A stretch of DNA of 64,000 nt. Source: Thermodesulfobacteriota bacterium. GTDB taxonomy: Bacteria > Desulfobacterota > Desulfobacteria > Desulfobacterales > C00003060. A program made the position numbers and the translations under genes. Numbering within the stretch: position 1 is the first letter of the stretch; every line of letters begins with the position of its first letter. The stretch is taken from assembly GCA_034189385.1 (NCBI GenBank), contig JAXHVD010000003.1, forward strand, positions 1 through 64,000, written 5' to 3'. Below are positions 37,478 through 46,836 of this stretch, piece by piece. A model generated the notes under the pieces. It did no database searches and was not told the DNA's origin. It worked only from the letters and a program-made list of their open reading frames with translations.

Positions 37478-39163
37478 CTATGCAGCCTTACTTTTGATCT
37501 GTTTCAAGGCCAGGTTCTTGAGTTCATAGAGCACGTCCGTAACGCGCACGCCCTGTGGGCAGTGTTCCTGACACATGTAACATGTCACACAGTCCCAAAG
37601 CATGTTGGAGCCAATAGCCAGATCCTTTTGTTTCAAAGCAAGGCAGTGCATAATCTCGTGAGGAAGGAGTCCCAGCACAGCCTTTGGATCTTCATAGTTT
37701 CCAACAACAGGACAAACGTTTGTACAGGTCTGACAGCCGAAGCAATAGGAAAAGGTACTTGCTTGACCAGAAATCTCAAGGGCACTGGCAAAGGCCTTGT
37801 CCACAGGGGTCAGGGAGATTGGTTTCTCCTTGAGATGCGCCAAATCGAATTGAGCCCCCATCGTCTCTCTGGCCCAGGCCTCGGGTTTGGGATAGCCTCT
37901 TTGAGCTAACCGCTCATTTAGTTCTGACCAGGCCTTTTCCAGGTTGATGCCTATGGGACAGACATCGGTACAGCGATGGCAATCGGTGCAGATATGGCTT
38001 CCTTCCTGAATCCTGGTAAGCCTTTTCTTGCTTAGCCAATTTCCCGCAAGAAGGGCCCTCAACGCGGCCAGTTTTTCAGAGGGCAGGATGTTGGGATTGG
38101 GAATCTCGTCAAAGGCCACTGCCACAGAACAGCGTAGGGTACAATCCCCACAGTGCGTGCAAGCATCGATCTGCAGGGCCTGTCTGGTTGCCATATTCGC
38201 AGGATCGGATTTCGCCTCATCCATGACACTATCTGCCAGAAAGTACACAGGGGTTGAGAAAATGTGGAAAAACTTGCTAAAGGGAAGGTAGGCCAAACCG
38301 ATGAAGCAAGCCAGAAAATGAAGATACCATAGCCCTGTGTAAACCTTTGCCCGGTCCGTCAACAGGGCCACGGGCTTCAGTGCCCTCGAGGCGGAATAGC
38401 TCATAAATGCCCATTGGGGCCTGGAATGGCAGCTTGCACAGCTCATTTCATGCAGTTCTTGGCCTTGGTCCAGTGTTTCTTTGTCAAAGGGCCCTTTCAC
38501 ATTAGGAGACACCACACCGAAGCTTTGCACCCAGTAAGCTTCAAGGGCCTTGCTTTCTTCCGCCTCTTCTTCTCCAAGGCCAGCATACTCATCCACCATC
38601 TCTTTATATATTGAATGAGATAGGATCTTTGTCGCTTCTAAGAAAAAACCGGATATCATGATGACGCCCAACACGGCGATGGCATAGACATCCATAGACG
38701 CATTTTTCGGTCGAGGCTTTTTCAAAAAGAACCTACGATAAACGGCCATCCCGAGCCCCACAAGCACGACCAGACCAAAAAAGTCTCGCAAAAACATGAA
38801 AGGATTGAGTGTAGAGTAATATTCATCAAAGACAACAGCAGTGACCACTTTGTCGAGTCCATGCATCAGTAAAAGAAACATGAAACCGCCATATATACAT
38901 ATATGGGCAAGCCAGCGGATGAAGTCCTTCTTCAACAACCAGACCTGAAAGAGCACATCCCAAAAAAGGACCTTCACCACTGTGCCAATCCTGGGACTGC
39001 ATAGGCTTGAGAGGATACCCCTAGCTGCTGCCCACACCCTGGCCAAGCTGGAAATCTCCGAAGCCTCAGGGCCGACTTTCCATCTAAACCAGTTTGATAC
39101 CCTGTAGACCAAGCCGACTGCGAAAACAGCCAAAGAGGTGTATAGGGCAACGTCATAAAACAT
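37478..39163 (-). CDS. Membrane NarI/HdrE-like cytochrome b fused to a CxxCH loop and duplicated HdrC-like domains (four [4Fe-4S] motifs)
   Basis: TM helices with His pairs RWLAH..LMH and YLH..KFFH; CASCH; CTHCGDCTLRC, CTDCHRCTDVCP, CFGCQTCTNVCP, CVTCYMCQEHCP. Confidence 0.88.
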   Translation of the reverse strand: MFYDVALYTSLAVFAVGLVYRVSNWFRWKVGPEASEISSLARVWAAARGILSSLCSPRIGTVVKVLFWDVLFQVWLLKKDFIRWLAHICIYGGFMFLLLMHGLDKVVTAVVFDEYYSTLNPFMFLRDFFGLVVLVGLGMAVYRRFFLKKPRPKNASMDVYAIAVLGVIMISGFFLEATKILSHSIYKEMVDEYAGLGEEEAEESKALEAYWVQSFGVVSPNVKGPFDKETLDQGQELHEMSCASCHSRPQWAFMSYSASRALKPVALLTDRAKVYTGLWYLHFLACFIGLAYLPFSKFFHIFSTPVYFLADSVMDEAKSDPANMATRQALQIDACTHCGDCTLRCSVAVAFDEIPNPNILPSEKLAALRALLAGNWLSKKRLTRIQEGSHICTDCHRCTDVCPIGINLEKAWSELNERLAQRGYPKPEAWARETMGAQFDLAHLKEKPISLTPVDKAFASALEISGQASTFSYCFGCQTCTNVCPVVGNYEDPKAVLGLLPHEIMHCLALKQKDLAIGSNMLWDCVTCYMCQEHCPQGVRVTDVLYELKNLALKQIKSKAA

Positions 39164-39281
39164 TTCTTCTTTTCCTATAGATTGACTTCTTGACTAAGCC
39201 AAACCGCGACTTCTGAGTTCCCCGTTCCACGTGGACAGTTCGACGGATGTGAACGCTTGGTTCCTCACACGAAAGGCAGCC

Positions 39282-40181
39282 CTATAATTCCAGCCACGAA
39301 TCCGAATAGAGGGAATGCCCTAGGAGTACCTTTGCCGTCTTTACGTAATCCAACTCCGCCCTTCCAAGGGTTTCCATGTTGACATCCTTTCCCTCTACCA
39401 CAGATGTGACCAGAGAGGCGATATCCGATCTGTTACCCCGGGCAATGTCATGGAGATCCTTGTCAAAGGCATCCACAATACACGATTTCATGCCAAAGGC
39501 GTCCAGCATGATCATGTACGTCTGGTTCAAGATGGGGCGAAGGTGTTCCGGCGCCCCGTTAGAGACGTTAGATAGCCCGCACGTGGACCTGCAACCAGGG
39601 ACCAGAATTTCTGCTATCATATCCAGCTCCGACATGAATTGATTGCATTCCAGTAACTGGTTTTGCTGAACATTTACGGGCGTAATGATAGGATCGACCC
39701 AAATATCTTCTCCTGCCACCCCGGCCTCTGCCGCCCTTTGGAGGATGTCGGCGGCCAGCAGCCCCCGCTCAGCTGCATCCCGAGGCATTCCTTCAGGCCC
39801 CCAGAGTAGGGCAACCATGCCTGCATCGTACTGCGTCACCAAGGGGATCTGTCCCTCCATCCTCTCGGGACGGCACATGATAGAATTGATGACCGCCTTG
39901 CCCCCTTTATTATTGTACACCTTGAGGCCGGCCTCAATGGCGTTGACGTTGGTGGTGTCGAGATAAAGAGGAAGATCGACCACTTCCTGGACGGTCTTCA
40001 CCATCCATTCCATCAATTCCTCGCCCCCTTTTCTGGCAGGACCCAGATTCACATCTATGTAATCGACGCCGGCTTCGGCCTCGGCTTCAGCCAGTTCCTG
40101 GATCGGTTTCTGGTCCCGGTCCTTCATGGCCTGGCCGATCCTCTTCACCATGATATTCAGATTTTCGCCTATCAGAATCAT
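39282..40181 (-). CDS. acsE: Methyltetrahydrofolate:corrinoid iron-sulfur protein methyltransferase
   Basis: Pterin-binding barrel LIGENLN, YIDVN, LDT, INS, VDP, GLSNVSNG; follows acsC. Confidence 0.92.
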   Translation of the reverse strand: MILIGENLNIMVKRIGQAMKDRDQKPIQELAEAEAEAGVDYIDVNLGPARKGGEELMEWMVKTVQEVVDLPLYLDTTNVNAIEAGLKVYNNKGGKAVINSIMCRPERMEGQIPLVTQYDAGMVALLWGPEGMPRDAAERGLLAADILQRAAEAGVAGEDIWVDPIITPVNVQQNQLLECNQFMSELDMIAEILVPGCRSTCGLSNVSNGAPEHLRPILNQTYMIMLDAFGMKSCIVDAFDKDLHDIARGNRSDIASLVTSVVEGKDVNMETLGRAELDYVKTAKVLLGHSLYSDSWLEL

Positions 40182-40199
40182 GCCCCCCCCCTATTAGAT

Positions 40200-40306
40200 A
40201 AGTGCCTAACGTGAAATAAGATGTGCTAAAGTGTCTAAAGTTACAGGTCTCGCAGAGCCTTTACTGCGACCGCAACTTTAGCTCACTCTAGACATTTTAG
40301 GCACTT
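40200..40306. repeat. Intercistronic inverted array of ~9-nt AAGTGCCTA/AAGTGAGCTA units (acsC-acsE)
   Basis: AAGTGCCTAACGTG..CTAAAGTGTCTAAAGTT vs AACTTTAGCTCACTCTAGACATTTTAGGCACTT. Confidence 0.7.
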
Positions 40307-40318
40307 CTGCTCACTCTC

Positions 40319-41668
40319 CTATGCCTTCCATTCCTTGAGATAGGCCGGGATATGCGCCGATTCCCTTGGTCCAACCAGGACTTCCCAGTCGCTCCCCAGC
40401 TCCTCTTCAAGATCCCCTAATATGGCTGCAGCATAGCCGGGTATGACTACCTTTCTGTGGTTGATCTTATCTCCAATGCCGCACTTCTTGATCGCCATGC
40501 CCACCACGTCTCCTACAAACTTACCAGCAGCCCAAGCCGTAAGGACAGACAGACCTTCGGTGTCCACAATAATCAACCAAGCCGGCACGCGACTGGTTTC
40601 AATCTCCCCGGACACGATAAAGTAGGTCAGAGAAAAATTGGACGTTACCAAGACAGGCGAGTTTTCCGTGGGCCCCCCGATTTCATAGATGCCTGGCGAC
40701 GTGGCCATGGGGCGCTGGGGATCTGTGTAAATGTTCATGCGGGCCAGCAGAAGGGGAAACAGGCTGTGTCCCTGTAAGTCTGAAAGCAAGACAATACCGC
40801 CGTACTTGGCTATACACATAGATGCCAGCAATGTCTCTTTCATGAGATCATCGGTCATCTCACAAGGCAGGCAAATGGTGGGAAAACCAAGGGCCTTGTT
40901 CTTCTTTAAGAGGGCTGCCCGGCGGATGAATATCTGATCTTCAAAGACCTTTCTTGGAGCCCTGGCCCCAGAGTCGATCACCAGATCGTTTAACCCGGCG
41001 GCTGTCAGTCTTGTGGTCAGCTCTGAGACGTCGTCAAGGCCATCTCCCTTGACCGTTAATGCACAGCCATGTTCTTTGGCAACTCCTGACATAGCGTCGG
41101 CATTCTCCTTGGTGGCCGCATACATGAGAGGTTTACAGTCCCCACAGGCTTTCAAGCCCGCCTCCATGACAGTGGCGTCTTCGGTCATGAGGATGATGCC
41201 CCCCTCTGTCTCGTTTTTTACTCTTGTGGCCAGTGCCGCGAACTTGCCAGCATCGCCTGATAGGGATTTCACGGCAACAAGGTCTGCCTTCAAGGTAAGG
41301 CCCACCCGCTCATATTCCAGGGTCTTGAATCGCTCAAGACGCCCGGCCACGTCATCATCAGCCATCTCATCTGTGACAACGACGCCTATGCCAGTTGGAT
41401 GCAAGAAGGTCTTTTCGTGGCGGAAAAGCACTGTTTCGCCGCCCATCTTAAATTTTCGTTCTCCCGTACCGATCTCAACGATCCTGATGGGTGGGGCCGA
41501 GGCATCAGCCAGCTCTGCCTTGGATTCTTCTGTGACATAAGGGCAGGCCGCCAGTTCCGCCTTGCCTGCTGCTAGGTTCATTGCAAATGCCAGACAGGTG
41601 GGCACTCCGCACTCCCCACAATTCGTCTTAGGTAGGAGTTTGTAAATCTGAATTCCCGTCAACGCCAT
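40319..41668 (-). CDS. acsC: Corrinoid iron-sulfur protein large subunit
   Basis: LPKTNCGECGVPTCLAFA, NIYTDPQRP, NFSLTYF, SVLTAWAAGKF. Confidence 0.97.
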   Translation of the reverse strand: MALTGIQIYKLLPKTNCGECGVPTCLAFAMNLAAGKAELAACPYVTEESKAELADASAPPIRIVEIGTGERKFKMGGETVLFRHEKTFLHPTGIGVVVTDEMADDDVAGRLERFKTLEYERVGLTLKADLVAVKSLSGDAGKFAALATRVKNETEGGIILMTEDATVMEAGLKACGDCKPLMYAATKENADAMSGVAKEHGCALTVKGDGLDDVSELTTRLTAAGLNDLVIDSGARAPRKVFEDQIFIRRAALLKKNKALGFPTICLPCEMTDDLMKETLLASMCIAKYGGIVLLSDLQGHSLFPLLLARMNIYTDPQRPMATSPGIYEIGGPTENSPVLVTSNFSLTYFIVSGEIETSRVPAWLIIVDTEGLSVLTAWAAGKFVGDVVGMAIKKCGIGDKINHRKVVIPGYAAAILGDLEEELGSDWEVLVGPRESAHIPAYLKEWKA

Positions 41669-41689
41669 ATCATCCCTCCGTTGTTGAAG

Positions 41690-41802
41690 AAGTGCCCAAA
41701 GTGAGCTAGAGTATGTAAAGTCAGAAAAACAAGACCAAGTAATTTCAAGACTGCTTTCAACTCCTCAACTCAAGGCACTTCAGGCATTTTAGCTCACTCT
41801 AG
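41690..41802. repeat. Second inverted array of the same ~9-nt family (acsB-acsC)
   Basis: AAGTGCCCAAAGTGAGCTAGAGT vs AGGCACTTCAGGCATTTTAGCTCACTCTAG. Confidence 0.7.
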
Positions 41803-41807
41803 AAAGC

Positions 41808-44015
41808 CTATTCCAAAATAGGATCCATGGACAGCGCCGGATGACCTTTCTCCTCGAGAAAAGAAAGGATCTCCTCTTCGCTTGTCCCCACCGTTTCATC
41901 AGCAATCATGTCGGGAAGATCGGGGATGCCGATTTCTTCTGCCCTCTTCTTGAGGCGGTCTAAGACCTCTTCTTTCAGACGTTTTGGCATCCAAACCAGC
42001 CGTTTGATCCCACCGTCGCCGCTGATCCATTTCCTCTGCGTAAGATTGTATTTGCCGTGTCCCACAAAGCCTGGCACACTCATGCCGCCGCCGATGGTTC
42101 CCGCAAGGGTAGTGAATTTCATGCCGCAGGGCGTCATCCCCATGTAATCCCGGTCTACGGTCATGACGCCGTTACAAATAGGAAGTATGGCAGCGATGCA
42201 CTCGCAACACCCGCACGTGGTCATGGGGTCATGGACAATGCTGTAGAAATTGTAGTGATCCAATGCCTGCCGTGAGGCCTTGTAGAGAAAGGCATTGCAG
42301 CCCTTCCATTGACCAAGGTTGGCGTCTAGACATTCCCCCTTATCCACAGGCTGGTTCGGACCAGTGGGATTGATCTCATAAGAAGCCTTGCAGTCCATCC
42401 AGTTATAGGCCCCACACAGTCCCGTACGTTCGGGACTGATAATACAGACATGGTTCGGTGCAAAGGACTGGCACAAGGTGCAGGAGTAAAACACTTCCGT
42501 TGTCTCGTCTGTCATCCCCTCGATGCGCGCGTCCCTTACTTGGTATACTTGCCTTGCCTTTTCCACCATCTCCTTGACTTTGTCTTCTTCCGTATACAGC
42601 TTGATCTGGACCTTGTCAAAGATGGCTCCAAAATCTTGATGAAACTTTGCATGGAGGATGTCTCCGATGTGTTTGATCTTCAGCCCTTTTCCCGCTGCCG
42701 CCTTGGACATCCTTATCCAGGCAATGTCTCTTTGGCCGATGTGCATGAGACCCTGGGCATAGTTGACAAAATGATGAATCTGCCGTTCCAGGATAGGCTC
42801 GAAGTCCTCCTGCATCTTCCTGCCAGCAAACTCGGCCAAAATGGCCAGAGGCAGCCTTGCCCCTGGTTCCACGTCGTCCACATCAGGGCCAAAGACCTCG
42901 ATCTTGCCATCTTCCACTTGATCCATTTCCCTGGTAGTCACCCATTCCACAGCCGGGGTTCTACCACCGCCGAACTCCACGTAGAGATCGTCCTTGCGGA
43001 CCCGTTCCCCTTCAAAGGCTGGCCCGTAGGACACCGGTACGGGCACTTTTGCCACGCTTACCTTCAGGCCTCTAACCTCAATGGCCCTGGCTACCAGTTC
43101 ATTGTGGGGGACATTGGAGACCACATGTTCATAGGTACAAATGCCCGTTGGCCGGATCTCCGGGATCGCCGTATCGGCAATGACCGGAAAACCCCAATTG
43201 ATGGCACCGGCTGCATTGGCATACCACTCATCGGTTACCATGCCCAGGGGCAAAGCAAAGGCAAAGATACGATCCTTGTTGTAGAGCAGGTTCCGTCTGA
43301 AATCCCCTGGCTTCACCCCCCCAAAGGACATGGCGGCCCGTGTGGCAAATCCCATGGCAAATATGGTGGCCGTGTACTCTGGACCGAAGGAGACCAGCCG
43401 TGTCCCCCATCCGATCTGTATCCCCGCCTCCACCAACTGTTCAGACATGGTACGCCCTTCGTGATCGGCACACATGAAGACATAGAGATTCTTCTCCTGA
43501 AGCTCCTGGGCAAGCTGGACAGCGATCTCTTTGGTGGGAGGCGCCCCAAGAATGGCTGCAAAGCCTGGCGCGGTGCCGTCAACAAATTCAACACCCCGCT
43601 TGCGCAGTATGATGTCGTCAGCAGCCCCCAACCAGAGGTTGCCGTCAGCCGGCCCTTCCGTCTTGGTATAGAAATCAGGGGCCTCTAGATACCGGATGGC
43701 CTCAATCACCTCTTCTGCAAAAAGTGTGGCCATGCCAGCTTCCAGGGCCGGTGCCAGATAGGGAAGCCACACCTCATCGGCCACCATCTCCGGCAGCAAG
43801 GACCTGCACCGACCAAGGACCTCTTCCACATCTTTGAGGTTTTTCACAGCAATGCCCAAGATGCCATAGATGATGGGAAGATAATAGGCTGTGTTGGGGA
43901 ATCCGATTTCCTGTTCAGGTCCCCATTTCTCCATGGCTGCTTGATGCTTGTCTTGTGCCCGTTGGACGATCTTGTGGGCACCACGAATCGCTGCCGAGCA
44001 GATGATTTTTGACAC
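41808..44015 (-). CDS. acsB: Acetyl-CoA synthase
   Basis: FPNTAYYLP; A-cluster motifs CTLCQSFAPNHVC, GLCGA, PMTTCGCCEC; GTG start. Confidence 0.98.
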   Translation of the reverse strand: MSKIICSAAIRGAHKIVQRAQDKHQAAMEKWGPEQEIGFPNTAYYLPIIYGILGIAVKNLKDVEEVLGRCRSLLPEMVADEVWLPYLAPALEAGMATLFAEEVIEAIRYLEAPDFYTKTEGPADGNLWLGAADDIILRKRGVEFVDGTAPGFAAILGAPPTKEIAVQLAQELQEKNLYVFMCADHEGRTMSEQLVEAGIQIGWGTRLVSFGPEYTATIFAMGFATRAAMSFGGVKPGDFRRNLLYNKDRIFAFALPLGMVTDEWYANAAGAINWGFPVIADTAIPEIRPTGICTYEHVVSNVPHNELVARAIEVRGLKVSVAKVPVPVSYGPAFEGERVRKDDLYVEFGGGRTPAVEWVTTREMDQVEDGKIEVFGPDVDDVEPGARLPLAILAEFAGRKMQEDFEPILERQIHHFVNYAQGLMHIGQRDIAWIRMSKAAAGKGLKIKHIGDILHAKFHQDFGAIFDKVQIKLYTEEDKVKEMVEKARQVYQVRDARIEGMTDETTEVFYSCTLCQSFAPNHVCIISPERTGLCGAYNWMDCKASYEINPTGPNQPVDKGECLDANLGQWKGCNAFLYKASRQALDHYNFYSIVHDPMTTCGCCECIAAILPICNGVMTVDRDYMGMTPCGMKFTTLAGTIGGGMSVPGFVGHGKYNLTQRKWISGDGGIKRLVWMPKRLKEEVLDRLKKRAEEIGIPDLPDMIADETVGTSEEEILSFLEEKGHPALSMDPILE

Positions 44016-44117
44016 CTTTCCACTACCTCGTCTGTTTGAGTTAGCCTTTAGCGCCTATCGACCTGGATACGCGCCGCACAACAGATGAAGGGTCTACCGC
44101 TCACGGCCACGGTGACA

Positions 44118-45065
44118 TCAGTTTGCCATCAAATCAGTGACGAAACCTCTGACCAGTTGAATAGCCTTTGGATGACGCATGATGAGGATATCTCCTCCCG
44201 CCAGCAGGAGCAAGAGCGCTGTCATGGCCTCAAGGAGGACGCCTCTTTTCAAAGGATCGCCCAACAAGGGGGCTTGCTCCGTGCTCAGTCTCGCCTCTTT
44301 TACCTTCCACACCTCCTTAGCCAAGTTGCACACAACGGGAAACTGGAGCCTCTCGTCCTCCTGGGTCAGGGCTGCCATCCGGTCTCTTTCCATGACGGAA
44401 TAACAATACTCCAATCCATATCCCAGCCCTGCCACAGTGGGATCTACAACAATGCCCTCGTCAGGCACGCCTAGGTTTCCCAACAGGATGTTCAGCTGTT
44501 TTGCCAGGTTGATATCAATGGGCGAAGAAGCAGCAATGGCGTGTTTATAGGCTATGGCAGCTGCGCCCAAAGCCTTGTGGCTATCTTCTTCCACGGGGCC
44601 GAGGATGAGGCTTTCTTCAGCGCAGGCCTCTGCCACCATCTTCAAGACCTCCGTATCCTTTTCCACGTTCCCGCTTCCCCACACCAAGACAGGGACTTCC
44701 ACGGCAGCAGCCACCTTCTTGGTCACCTCCACGGCCTGTTCAGCTGAGGCATTTTGGGCATTGGGGTCTGTGCTGGCCAACTGCAATGCCACCATCTCTG
44801 CCCCGTATACGGACACACACTTCTGGGCCCATGCTGCCGGGTCATTGATGACATCGGAAAACGGCTCCACTACCGCTTCAGGCCAGTCCTCAGGCGGCGC
44901 ATCATATACGTCCATGGCAATGACTGGCCGGTGGGGCATTTCTCCTTCAAAGAGATAAAAGGGATAGGAGGTCTCTCCTCCCACAGTGATTCGGTTCGCA
45001 TCTTTGCCCAACGGGATCTCCTTGATGACACCATTGTACGATATCTTCGGTGCTTCAAATACCAT
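44118..45065 (-). CDS. acsD: Corrinoid iron-sulfur protein small subunit
   Basis: VGGETSYPFYLFEG, SPIDINLAKQLN, LGYGLEY, ILIMRHP; SD AGGAG. Confidence 0.96.
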   Translation of the reverse strand: MVFEAPKISYNGVIKEIPLGKDANRITVGGETSYPFYLFEGEMPHRPVIAMDVYDAPPEDWPEAVVEPFSDVINDPAAWAQKCVSVYGAEMVALQLASTDPNAQNASAEQAVEVTKKVAAAVEVPVLVWGSGNVEKDTEVLKMVAEACAEESLILGPVEEDSHKALGAAAIAYKHAIAASSPIDINLAKQLNILLGNLGVPDEGIVVDPTVAGLGYGLEYCYSVMERDRMAALTQEDERLQFPVVCNLAKEVWKVKEARLSTEQAPLLGDPLKRGVLLEAMTALLLLLAGGDILIMRHPKAIQLVRGFVTDLMAN

Positions 45066-45173
45066 ATTTACTCCTCTCCTCACGTCTTTAGGTTAGCTGA
45101 TAACCGATGACTGCTTCCGCTTAAAGGACCACGGCCAAAGCTTGTGTCATGGGGCACCAATCAAACACCGCCC

Positions 45174-46049
45174 CTACATACCTAATTCATCCAAGATGGA
45201 AGGAATCTTGTTCTCCCATCCCAAGGCCATGATGTGCACGCCGTCGCAAAGATCCTTCATCCCCTTGATCAGGCGAACAGCAATGTCCATACTGGCTTGC
45301 GCCTTATCCTCCGATGCCTTCATCTCGTCAATCAGGGGCTCTGGAACAAAGACCCCTGCCACGTTCTTGTTCATGTAGCGGGCCATACCCACCGATTTGA
45401 GCAAGATGACGCCACCTAACACCTTGGCACCAAAACCCTCCACACGCTTCATGAATTTCTCAAAGATATCCAAGTCATAGACGGCCTGGGTCTGAAAAAA
45501 CTTGGCGCCCGCCTCGATCTTCTTCTCCATCTTTATGATCTGCAGCTCCAGGGCAGCTTCATTATCTGCCCCGGGGTTTACAACGGCCCCGCACAAGAAG
45601 TGGGGCGCTCCCTTGAGTTCCTTTCCAGCCATGTCAACACCGGAATGCAGCTTCCTCGCAGCTTCCAGGAGTGTCACAGAGTCCAAATCGAAAACCGGTT
45701 TGGCCTTGGGATGATCCCCCAGCGTGGGATGGTCACCAGTGAGGGCAAGCATATTCCTGATCCCAAGAACCCAGCCGCTTAAGAGATCTGCCTGCAAGGC
45801 GAGCCTGTTGCGATCCCTGCACGTGACCTGATAGATGGGGTCGATTCCCCTGTCCTTTAGCAGATGACAGACCGCCATGGAGCCCAGGCGCATGACCGAG
45901 CTCTGTAGGTCTGTCACGTTCACAGCATCTACTCGATCTTTAATGATATCAGCATCTTTTAGCAAATGCTCTACATCCGTTCCCTTGCCAGGTCCGACCT
46001 CGGCAGTCACCAAGAACTTCCCTGATTCTAAGGCTTCTCTAAAGCTCAT
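45174..46049 (-). CDS. metF: Methylenetetrahydrofolate reductase (copy 2)
   Basis: TAEVGPGKG, CRDRNRLALQ, LTGDHP, FQTQ, GVHIMA. Confidence 0.95.
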   Translation of the reverse strand: MSFREALESGKFLVTAEVGPGKGTDVEHLLKDADIIKDRVDAVNVTDLQSSVMRLGSMAVCHLLKDRGIDPIYQVTCRDRNRLALQADLLSGWVLGIRNMLALTGDHPTLGDHPKAKPVFDLDSVTLLEAARKLHSGVDMAGKELKGAPHFLCGAVVNPGADNEAALELQIIKMEKKIEAGAKFFQTQAVYDLDIFEKFMKRVEGFGAKVLGGVILLKSVGMARYMNKNVAGVFVPEPLIDEMKASEDKAQASMDIAVRLIKGMKDLCDGVHIMALGWENKIPSILDELGM

Positions 46050-46153
46050 GGCTCACCCCTTTACATGGACCATCTTCCATGGAAAATTAACGATTACAAG
46101 GCTCAAAAAAGAAAGCATCTCTTGGGGGGTTCAAAATACTTCGTCATCAATCG

Positions 46154-46819
46154 TCAATCCGCTTGCGTCTTTTCCACCTGCCGCAGATCCTCCCTGACTA
46201 CCCTTCCTGGGTGCACAGGCCAGTCTTTCACCTGGGGCCTTTCCTTGAGATAATGCAGCATGTCTAACCGCTTGAGGGCATAGTATATCTCCTGCCAGGC
46301 ACAGGGACGGTCCCTGGAGACCTCGCATTTCCCTCCTGATGCCCCTCCACATGCGCCATTGAGAAGGCCCTTGGCACATCGGGTCACGGGACACACACCA
46401 CCCGTCCTCCACAGGATACAGTCGCCACAGGCCTGGCAGTTCTCTGTCCAGACGCCTGTCTCCTTTTCCACCCCGATGAACTGGGTATTCAGGGCCGGCA
46501 AGACCGGTTTGTCAGGAAAACGACTGGCAACGGCTTGAACGCCATTGCCACAGGCCATGGAGAGGATAGCTTCATGGTTACCTATCTTCTCTTCCAGCCG
46601 ATCGATAAATCTATCGGCGCATTGTCTTGGGATGGTCGTCTTCTCGACAAAGATCTCCTTGTTTTCAGAAACAAGGGCCTCTGCGAGATTGTCTACCTGC
46701 TCTGCCCCACCGGCAGAGCAGAAGGTCACGCAGGCACCGCAACCTACCAAGAGGATCCTATGGTACGGAGCAACCATGTGCCGTATCTCTTCCATTTGCT
46801 TCTGTTCTGCAATGATCAT
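46154..46819 (-). CDS. metV: Methylene-THF reductase Zn/Fe-S partner subunit (copy 2)
   Basis: GCGAC, RQC, MACGNGVQ, CQACGDC, CPVTRCAKGLLNGACGG. Confidence 0.93.
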   Translation of the reverse strand: MIIAEQKQMEEIRHMVAPYHRILLVGCGACVTFCSAGGAEQVDNLAEALVSENKEIFVEKTTIPRQCADRFIDRLEEKIGNHEAILSMACGNGVQAVASRFPDKPVLPALNTQFIGVEKETGVWTENCQACGDCILWRTGGVCPVTRCAKGLLNGACGGASGGKCEVSRDRPCAWQEIYYALKRLDMLHYLKERPQVKDWPVHPGRVVREDLRQVEKTQAD

Positions 46820-46836
46820 TCTATACCTCCAAGACG

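Noticed and set aside
42450..43688. Long plus-strand ORF (412 aa) and similar antisense ORFs such as 20195-21085, 59401-60312 and 62565-63317
   Set aside because: They lie opposite well-supported genes (acsB, secA, fhs, phosphoesterase) and have no recognisable motifs.
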